Shown piece after piece: positions 56,843-64,000 of a stretch of 64,000 nt of DNA (the first letter of the stretch is position 1; each line of letters begins with the position of its first letter). This DNA comes from Longimicrobiales bacterium (GTDB taxonomy: Bacteria; Gemmatimonadota; Gemmatimonadetes; Longimicrobiales; Gaopeijiaceae). The notes under the pieces are model-generated. The model ran no database searches and was not told where the DNA came from. It saw nothing but the letters and a program-made list of their open reading frames with translations. The stretch covers positions 3,552,001-3,616,000 of the forward strand of contig OZ250165.1 of assembly GCA_965238005.1 (NCBI GenBank), in the 5' to 3' direction. The translations under genes were made by a program, and so were the position numbers.

Positions 56843-58486
56843 ATGCCGAATCTAGAGACAAGGTCGAGCACTCGAATGGGCTCCTGGAGTGGCCCGAGGG
56901 AAGGTCTCCTCACCACTCCCGCGGAACTGGTCCGGGGGCTGGCTCGCGTGAATCTGCCTCTATATGTCGTCGATCACGGCGACACCTTCGCGTTCTCCCA
57001 CGAGGGCACCGTCGAGCTCGGTGGCGATCCCCAGGTGGAAGGCCTCCCTCTCCTGGCCCTGGCCCCCGCATGCAAGCCCCAGCGCCTGGGATCCGCTGGA
57101 TTCGCCCATGACCACGGCGTCCGTTTCTGCTATCTGGCAGGCGCCATGGCGAACGGCATCGGCTCGGTGGAGCTCGTAGAGGCCATGAGCCGAGCGGGCA
57201 TGCTCTCCTTCTTCGGCGCCGCCGGCCTCGGGCCGGATCCTATCGAAGACGCCATTGACCACGTTTCCACCCGCTTGGGCGATCTCCCCTGGGGATTCAA
57301 CCTCATCCACAGCCCGTACGAGCCCAGGCTCGAAGAGGCGGTGGCCGACCTCTACGTGCGCCGCGGCGTGAACCGGGTATCCGCCTCGGCCTATATGGAT
57401 CTCACGCTGCCCCTGGTGCGCTACCGGCTCCACGGGATCCATGCGGACTCGTCGGGCCGCGTGGTGACGCCCCATCGGGTGTTGGCCAAGGTCTCGCGCA
57501 CCGAGGTGGCCCGGAAGTTCTTCGCCCCTGCTCCGGCCAAGATGCTGGCCGAGCTGGCAGCCCGCGGAGACCTCACCGAGGAGCAAGCCCGCATGGCCGA
57601 GACCGTCCCGGTTGCGCAGGACCTGACGGTGGAGGCCGACTCGGGCGGCCACACCGACAACCGGCCCGCCATCACCCTGCTCCCCACCATGCTGGCCCTT
57701 CGAGATCGGCTCCAGGTGGAGCACGACTACGACGCCCCCTTGCGTGTGGGTTCCGCTGGCGGCGTTTCGACGCCACATTCAGTGGCTGCGACGTTCGCCA
57801 TGGGGGCCGATTACGTCCTGACCGGCTCGGTGAACCAGGCGTGTCGCGAGGCCGGAACGTCGGACGCCGTCCGGAAGATGCTGGCCCAGGCGGAGCAGGC
57901 CGACGTGACCATGGCTCCGGCCGCAGACATGTTCGAGATGGGCGTCAGGTTGCAGGTCCTCAAGCGCGGAACGATGTTTCCCATGAGGGCTCACCGCCTG
58001 TATGATCTCTATAGAGCCCACGCGGGCCTCGAAGACATTTCCGAAGACGAACGGCTGAATCTGGAACGGACGATTTTCCGTACGTCGTTGGACGAGATCT
58101 GGGACGAGACGCGACGCTTCTGGGAGGCCCGAGACCCGGCCCAGGTCGAAAAGGCCGAGCGCGATCCGAAGCATCGGATGGCGCTGGTCTTTCGGTGGTA
58201 CATGGGCATGTCGTCCCGCTGGGCGAACCGCGGTGAGCCGGGTCGTGAGATGGACTACCAGGTCTGGTGCGGCCCGGCGATGGGTGCTTTCAACGAGTGG
58301 GTCCGGGGCAGCGTCTTGGAGCCCTGGGAGAGCCGTCGCGTAGTCAGCGTGGCTCACAACATGTTGCATGGTGCTGCGGTCATTACGCGGGCGAACGCTC
58401 TGCGCAGCCAGGGAGTGGAGCTGCCGGCCGAGTGCGTCGACGTCCGCCCCCGCGAACCAGATGAACTCGAGGAACTGCTGTCTTGA
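56843..58486 (+). CDS. pfaD: PfaD-family enoyl reductase of a PUFA synthase/PKS
   Basis: YLAGAMANGI, SASAYM, AKVSRTEVA, EADSGGHTDNRP, MAPAADMFEMG, DYQVWCGPAMGAFN. Confidence 0.95.
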   Translation: MPNLETRSSTRMGSWSGPREGLLTTPAELVRGLARVNLPLYVVDHGDTFAFSHEGTVELGGDPQVEGLPLLALAPACKPQRLGSAGFAHDHGVRFCYLAGAMANGIGSVELVEAMSRAGMLSFFGAAGLGPDPIEDAIDHVSTRLGDLPWGFNLIHSPYEPRLEEAVADLYVRRGVNRVSASAYMDLTLPLVRYRLHGIHADSSGRVVTPHRVLAKVSRTEVARKFFAPAPAKMLAELAARGDLTEEQARMAETVPVAQDLTVEADSGGHTDNRPAITLLPTMLALRDRLQVEHDYDAPLRVGSAGGVSTPHSVAATFAMGADYVLTGSVNQACREAGTSDAVRKMLAQAEQADVTMAPAADMFEMGVRLQVLKRGTMFPMRAHRLYDLYRAHAGLEDISEDERLNLERTIFRTSLDEIWDETRRFWEARDPAQVEKAERDPKHRMALVFRWYMGMSSRWANRGEPGREMDYQVWCGPAMGAFNEWVRGSVLEPWESRRVVSVAHNMLHGAAVITRANALRSQGVELPAECVDVRPREPDELEELLS

Positions 58487-61400
58487 GCGATCGAAATAAA
58501 GATCGGGCCGCCGCCCAGTCACCCATAGCCATCGTCGGCATCGCCTGCGTGTTCCCGAAGGCTGGCGGTTTGCACGACTATTGGGCAAACGTGCGTGACG
58601 GCGTCGACGCCATCACCGAGATCCCTGAATCAGCCTGGAAGACATCGGAGTACTACGACGCCGATCCCAAGGCGCCCGACATGACCTACGGACGCCGCGG
58701 CGGCTTCATCGATCCCATCGACTTCGAGCCGATGGCCTTCGGCATCTCACCTCGGGACTTGGAAGCCACCGACACCACGCAGCTGCTGGGCCTTCATGTG
58801 GCCCGTCAGGCGCTTCAGGACGCCGGGTACGGTCCAGACGGCCGGGAGTTCGATCGGGAGAAGACCAGCGTCATCCTCGGGGTGAGCGGAACGTTGCCCC
58901 TGGTCATCCCCTTGGGCGCGCGCCTCGGGCACCCCATCTGGCGGAAGGCGCTGAAGGACGCCGGAGTTGATCCCGAGACCACGGAAGACGTCATCGAGCG
59001 TATCGGCGAAGGCTACGTCCCGTGGCAGGAGAGCTCTTTCCCCGGGCTCCTGGCCAACGTTGTCGCCGGCCGCATCGCCAATCGCCTCGACCTTCACGGC
59101 ACCAACTGCATCGTGGACGCGGCGTGTGCTTCGTCCCTGAGCGCAGTGCATCTCGCGGCCCTCGAGCTCGAGTCGGGACGGGCCGACATGGTCCTGAGCG
59201 GCGGGCTGGACACGTTCAACGACATCTTCATGTACATGTGCTTCTCCAAGACGCCGGCGCTGTCGGCGACGGGGAACGCACGCCCGTTCGACGACCAGGC
59301 GGACGGCACCATGCTGGGTGAGGGCGTAGGGGTTCTGGTGCTCAAGCGGCTCGGGGATGCCGAGCGGGACGGCGACCGCATCTACGCCGTGATCAAGGGC
59401 ATCGGCTCGTCCTCCGACGGAAAGGGGCAGGCCGTCTACGCCCCCGCCCCCGAAGGCCAAGCCCGGGCGCTCAGGGCCGCCTACGAGAACGCGGGCATCC
59501 TCCCCGACACCGTCGAGCTGGCAGAGGCTCACGGAACGGGCACCCGGGTGGGCGACGCCACCGAGGTTAAGGGCCTCACCACCGTCTATCGGGAGGCGAG
59601 CCCGGAGGGAACGTGGTGCGCTCTGGGTTCGGTGAAGTCCATGATCGGCCACACCAAGGCAGCAGCGGGCGCGGCAGGCCTAATCAAGACGGCCATGGCG
59701 CTCCACCACAAGACGCTCCCCCCGACCATCAAGGTGGAGAGCCCGAACGAGGCGGTGGCCCCCGGCGAGACTCCATTCTATGTGAACACCGAGAAGCGGC
59801 CCTGGCTGCCCAAGAGTGGACATCCGCGCCGCGCCGGTGTGAGCGCCTTCGGGTTCGGGGGCAGCAACTTCCACTGCGTGGTGGAGGAGTACGGGTCGAA
59901 GGCCACCGAAGTCGACTGGGATGGACGCGATCAGCTGATCGCCTTCTCCGCCGACGACCGGGAGGCCCTTGCCGCACAGCTGGAGCAGTTCCAGGCCGAG
60001 GGGGACTGGGCCGACATCCGGGGACGGGTGGCGGAGAGTCGCGCCCGCTTCGACGCATCCAAAGAGGTCCGGCTGCTTCTGGTCGCCGAGCGAGACGGCA
60101 CGCCGGTCTGCGACCTCATCGGGATGGCGCTTTCGCAGCTGAAGGACGAGCGATCGTCCTGGGCGATGCCCCAGGGGATCTATTTCGGATCCGGAGCCGC
60201 CAAGGGCAAGTGGGCGGCTTGCTTCCCGGGCCAGGGAGCCCAGTACGTCGGGATGCTCCGGGAGCTGGCGTGCCGCTTCCCTGCCGCGGCGGACACCTTG
60301 GCCGCCGCCGATGAGGTGACGCCGGGCCTGGCCGACCGGATCTATCCGCATCCGGCGTTCGACTACGCCACCCGCTCGCAACAGGAGGACGAGCTCCGCG
60401 CCACCAACACGGCCCAGCCGGCCATCGGCGCCGTAGGCCTGGGCGCCCTCCGGGTGCTCAAGCAGTTCGGCCTCTCCCCCGACGCCACCTGCGGCCACAG
60501 CTACGGCGAGCTCGTAGCGTTGTGCGCGGCGGGTCGGCTCCGGCCCATGGAGCTGTACCAGCTCTCACGCCGCCGAGGTGAGCTCATGGCGACCGGCGAC
60601 GGAGATCACGGTTCGATGCTGGCCGTGGCCGCCGAGCTGGAGTGGGTGAAGCAGTTCTTGCGCACCCACGATCTCGATCTGGTCGTCGCGAACCACAACG
60701 CCCCCGAACAGGCCGTGCTCTCCGGCGTCACGTACGAGATCGAGCGTGCCCAGGATCTCCTGTCACGAGAAGGCGTGCGAGTGAAGCGCCTCGCGGTGGC
60801 CGCCGCCTTCCACAGCAGCCTGGTGGCCCAGGCGGGAGCGCCCTTCGCTGAGAGCCTTACGAGCATCGAGCTCACGGGGAGCGACGTGACCGTGTACGCC
60901 AACGCCACCGGCGCCGCGTATCCCGAGCGCTCGACGGACGCCCGCGAACTGTTGGCCAGCCAGCTCACCTCACCGGTGGAGTTCGTGGCCTGTGTGAGGT
61001 CCATGTTCGAGGATGGAGTGCGGACCTTCGTGGAGGTGGGCCCCGGGCGTCGGCTCTCGGCCCTCATCGATGAGATCCTGGCCGGCGAGGACATTACCAC
61101 CGTGGCCCTCGACGCGTCCTCGGGCCGGAGAGCCGGGCTAGTCGACCTGGCCCGCACGCTGGCCCAGTTGGCCGCCGACGGCCACGCCGTGGCGTTGGAC
61201 CGTTGGGACGACGGGGCCCTCGATGCATGGAGGCGCAGGATCGCCCGCGGTAAGCCGACCATGACCGTTCCCATTTCCGGTGTGAACTACGTGGAGCCAC
61301 GACCGAAGCGGCCGCCCAAGGCCGCCACCCCTGCCCCAGCAGCGACGACCCCGGCAGCATCGACCTCGACGACCCCGGCAGCGTCGACTCCAGCGGTGAG

Positions 61401-64000
61401 CCTGCCCCACATGACCCGCACCGGCCCGGCGGCCGATGCGCCGACAGTGACGTCGGATCCGCAGCTATTGGCCGAGGCCATGCGGGCGAGCCAGGCGAGC
61501 CTCCAGGCTCTGGTGCGGCTGCAGGAACAGACGGCGGACGTGCACCGCAGTTTCCTCGAGTCCCAGGAGCGGACCATCCAGGCCATCGCCTGGCAGCAGG
61601 GATTGCTGCCCCCGGGGCAGATCGTCGAGGCGCTGGCTGTCGAGCCGACCGCGGCGCCGGCCCCCACACCCGGTGTGGCGGCCGCCCTGCTCTCGGTCGT
61701 GTCGGAGAAGACCGGGTATCCGGAGGAGATGCTCGAGCTGTCCATGGGCCTGGACGCGGACCTGGGCATCGACTCCATCAAGCGGGTAGAGATCCTGGCC
61801 GCTCTGCAAGAGCGGCTCCCGAACGCGCCGGTGGTGACACCGGAGCACCTGGGCGAGATCCAGACGCTCGCTCAGATCGTCGAGTTTCTGGGCGGTTCCG
61901 CCTCCGAGCCAGCCGCGCCCCCGCCGGTGCCCGACGGAGACGCAGCCGGGGAAGTCACCGCTGCCACCGGATCCGTTCCTACGGCCGAGTCGGCCACCTC
62001 CCCCATGGCATCGGCGCCTCAGGAACAGGCCGTCCACACGCCCACCAACGGCGCCGTCGATGCGCCGACCAACGGAAGCGTCGATGCCTCACGGATCTCT
62101 GAGGTCCTGCTGAGCGTCGTGGCGGACAAGACGGGATACCCCGTCGACATGCTCGACGTGTCCATGAACCTGGACGCGGACCTGGGGATCGACTCCATCA
62201 AGCGGGTCGAGATCCTGGCCGCTTTGCAGGAGGCGCTCCCCGAGGCCTCGGTGGTGGCTCCCGATCAGCTCGGCGAGCTCCGCACCCTGAGCCAGATCGT
62301 GGAGGTGCTCTCAAACGATACCGAGCCTGCGCCTGCCCCGGCGCCGGCTGTCCCGGACCAGTCCGCTCCCCCCGCCTCGGCGGGTGTCGAGCGCCTGGTC
62401 CCGACCCTGCACCCCATCGGTTCGACCGGAGAGCCCATCGGGCTCCCCGCCGGATCCAAAATCTGGGTGACCAAGAGCGGTGACGTCCTCTCGGGCCAGA
62501 TCGTCGAGGAGCTAAGCGCCCAGGGCTATTCTGCCGAAGAGGTGGAGCTGGCCGACGAGGTTCACAACCCGCCCGATGAACTGGCGGGCTTGATCGTGGT
62601 GGTGCCTCCCCGGGTCACCGACGAAGACATCCTAGTCGGATTCGGGCGTGTGCGGGCCATGGCCCCGGTCCTCCGTCGCGCGGCGCTGCAAGGCGGAGCC
62701 CTCCTGTGCAGCGTGACGTGTCTGGGTGGCGGCTTCGCCCTCGACGCGCCTCCCCCCGAGGATGTGGATCCGACGGGCGGAGCCTGGGGCGGAATGACCA
62801 AGACGGCCGCCGCCGAGTGGACGGACGTCCACTGCAGGAGCATCGACGTCGATCCGAACCGGATCGACCTCGCGTCAGAAGTGGTGAAGTACGCTCTCTC
62901 GGAGGGGCCGGTGGAGATCGGCCTGGGGAACGAAGGGCCCCAGACGGTGGTTCTCGAAGCACATCCAGTCGAGCCTGCGGCGCATGCGGCCCTGGGATCC
63001 GACGATGTCGTGCTGATCACCGGTGGAGCCCGTGGTGTAACGGCCGAAGTGGCCGTCGCTATGGCCGAAGCGGGACAGCCGCGCCTCATCCTCATGGGCC
63101 GCAGCCCCGAGCCGAGGGGTGAGCCCGACTGGCTCGTCGGCCTCGACGGGGAGGCGGAGATCAAGCGAGCCATCGTGGCCCAGGCGGGCCCAGGCCTCAG
63201 CCCCCAGGCGGCCCAGGCCGAGTTCAACCGCATCCAGGCCAGCCGGGAGATCCTGCGTAACCTTGCCCGCATCTCGGCGGCCGGATCGGAGGTCGTCTAC
63301 TGCTCCGTCGATGTCCGGGAGCCCGACGCCGTGCGAGCGTGTCTCGATCCACTGGTCGAGGAGTTCGGCCCGGTCACAGGACTCGTTCATGGAGCCGGTG
63401 TGCTGGCCGACCGCAACATCGAGGACAAGAGTGACGGGGACTTTGCCTTCGTCTACGACACCAAGGTGGGCGGGCTACGATCCGTGCTTGCCGCCCTGGG
63501 GGACGCGCCCCTGAAGACCATGGTGATGTTCTCCTCGTCGACGGCCCGCTTCGGGCGCCGTGGACAGGTGGACTACGCCGCAGCCAACGAGGTGCTCAAC
63601 AAGGTGGCGCAGGGCGAGGCCGCCCGCAGGGAAGGGTGCCGCGTGGTCTCGGTGAACTGGGGTCCCTGGGATGGCGGCATGGTGACGCCGGCACTGAAGA
63701 GCATGCTCTCGGCCGAGGGTATCGAGGTCATCGGGATGGAGAGCGGCGCGGCCTACGTCCTGGACGAGATCGCCTCCGATGGACCGACGGAGGTGCTCAT
63801 CCTCGGACCCGGTTCGCAGGTCCCCACTGCGGGACAGGGCCCGCCGGACGCGACGAACGGTGCCGGACCGGATGAGCTACCCGTGGTTTTCGAGCGGATC
63901 ATCACCACCGATACACACGAGTTCATGGCGTCCCACGTCCTGGACGGCCGGGCCGTGCTGCCCGCCACGATGACGCTGGAATGGCTCGCCCATGGCGCGC
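58483..64000 (+). CDS. pfaA: PfaA-like iterative type I PKS (KS-AT-ACP-ACP-KR-DH); runs off the right edge
   Basis: Not in the ORF track. TTG 58483 gives MSDRNKDRAAAQSPIAIVGIACVFP; DAACASS, EAHGTGT, IGHTKAAAG (KS); GHSYG, AAFHS (AT); two DLGIDSIKRVEIL (ACP); ITGGARGV, YAAANE (KR); SHVLDGRAVLP (DH). Confidence 0.93.
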   Translation, partial: MSDRNKDRAAAQSPIAIVGIACVFPKAGGLHDYWANVRDGVDAITEIPESAWKTSEYYDADPKAPDMTYGRRGGFIDPIDFEPMAFGISPRDLEATDTTQLLGLHVARQALQDAGYGPDGREFDREKTSVILGVSGTLPLVIPLGARLGHPIWRKALKDAGVDPETTEDVIERIGEGYVPWQESSFPGLLANVVAGRIANRLDLHGTNCIVDAACASSLSAVHLAALELESGRADMVLSGGLDTFNDIFMYMCFSKTPALSATGNARPFDDQADGTMLGEGVGVLVLKRLGDAERDGDRIYAVIKGIGSSSDGKGQAVYAPAPEGQARALRAAYENAGILPDTVELAEAHGTGTRVGDATEVKGLTTVYREASPEGTWCALGSVKSMIGHTKAAAGAAGLIKTAMALHHKTLPPTIKVESPNEAVAPGETPFYVNTEKRPWLPKSGHPRRAGVSAFGFGGSNFHCVVEEYGSKATEVDWDGRDQLIAFSADDREALAAQLEQFQAEGDWADIRGRVAESRARFDASKEVRLLLVAERDGTPVCDLIGMALSQLKDERSSWAMPQGIYFGSGAAKGKWAACFPGQGAQYVGMLRELACRFPAAADTLAAADEVTPGLADRIYPHPAFDYATRSQQEDELRATNTAQPAIGAVGLGALRVLKQFGLSPDATCGHSYGELVALCAAGRLRPMELYQLSRRRGELMATGDGDHGSMLAVAAELEWVKQFLRTHDLDLVVANHNAPEQAVLSGVTYEIERAQDLLSREGVRVKRLAVAAAFHSSLVAQAGAPFAESLTSIELTGSDVTVYANATGAAYPERSTDARELLASQLTSPVEFVACVRSMFEDGVRTFVEVGPGRRLSALIDEILAGEDITTVALDASSGRRAGLVDLARTLAQLAADGHAVALDRWDDGALDAWRRRIARGKPTMTVPISGVNYVEPRPKRPPKAATPAPAATTPAASTSTTPAASTPAVSLPHMTRTGPAADAPTVTSDPQLLAEAMRASQASLQALVRLQEQTADVHRSFLESQERTIQAIAWQQGLLPPGQIVEALAVEPTAAPAPTPGVAAALLSVVSEKTGYPEEMLELSMGLDADLGIDSIKRVEILAALQERLPNAPVVTPEHLGEIQTLAQIVEFLGGSASEPAAPPPVPDGDAAGEVTAATGSVPTAESATSPMASAPQEQAVHTPTNGAVDAPTNGSVDASRISEVLLSVVADKTGYPVDMLDVSMNLDADLGIDSIKRVEILAALQEALPEASVVAPDQLGELRTLSQIVEVLSNDTEPAPAPAPAVPDQSAPPASAGVERLVPTLHPIGSTGEPIGLPAGSKIWVTKSGDVLSGQIVEELSAQGYSAEEVELADEVHNPPDELAGLIVVVPPRVTDEDILVGFGRVRAMAPVLRRAALQGGALLCSVTCLGGGFALDAPPPEDVDPTGGAWGGMTKTAAAEWTDVHCRSIDVDPNRIDLASEVVKYALSEGPVEIGLGNEGPQTVVLEAHPVEPAAHAALGSDDVVLITGGARGVTAEVAVAMAEAGQPRLILMGRSPEPRGEPDWLVGLDGEAEIKRAIVAQAGPGLSPQAAQAEFNRIQASREILRNLARISAAGSEVVYCSVDVREPDAVRACLDPLVEEFGPVTGLVHGAGVLADRNIEDKSDGDFAFVYDTKVGGLRSVLAALGDAPLKTMVMFSSSTARFGRRGQVDYAAANEVLNKVAQGEAARREGCRVVSVNWGPWDGGMVTPALKSMLSAEGIEVIGMESGAAYVLDEIASDGPTEVLILGPGSQVPTAGQGPPDATNGAGPDELPVVFERIITTDTHEFMASHVLDGRAVLPATMTLEWLAHGA

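Noticed and set aside
61320..62320. Repeats inside the PKS gene
   Set aside because: Explained by tandem ACP domains and Pro/Ala/Thr linkers.
1..64000. CRISPR array, tRNA or rRNA genes
   Set aside because: No regularly spaced repeat-spacer series or recognisable structural RNA gene was seen by eye; a covariance-model scan was not run.

Overview
High-GC bacterial window. The gene content (Ig-like/RCC1 lipoprotein, DUF1592-DUF1552-ankyrin cassettes, many exported peptidases and hydrolases) suggests a Gemmatimonadota-like organism; this is inference only. From left to right it holds: (1) a phytoene-desaturase-like oxidoreductase paired with a GcvT-like gene; (2) an accessory stretch of exported proteins, transporters and gene remnants, including an IS21 remnant; (3) a complete six-gene histidine operon with three fusions (HisC-HAD phosphatase, HisH-HisF, HisA-HisI-HisE), preceded by an unannotated His-rich leader peptide and attenuator; (4) an intact IS1182-family element inserted at CTAG inside a decayed amidohydrolase gene; (5) a tandem duplication of a heme-c DUF1592 / Tat DUF1552 / ankyrin cassette with near-identical patches; (6) an unannotated two-precursor, double-glycine-type bacteriocin/RiPP-like locus with an ABC pair, a broken C39 transporter and a membrane protein; (7) the start of a pfaD-pfaA PUFA-synthase-like PKS that runs off the right edge. 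No rRNA, tRNA or CRISPR array was seen. All calls come from reading motifs by eye; no database search was run.
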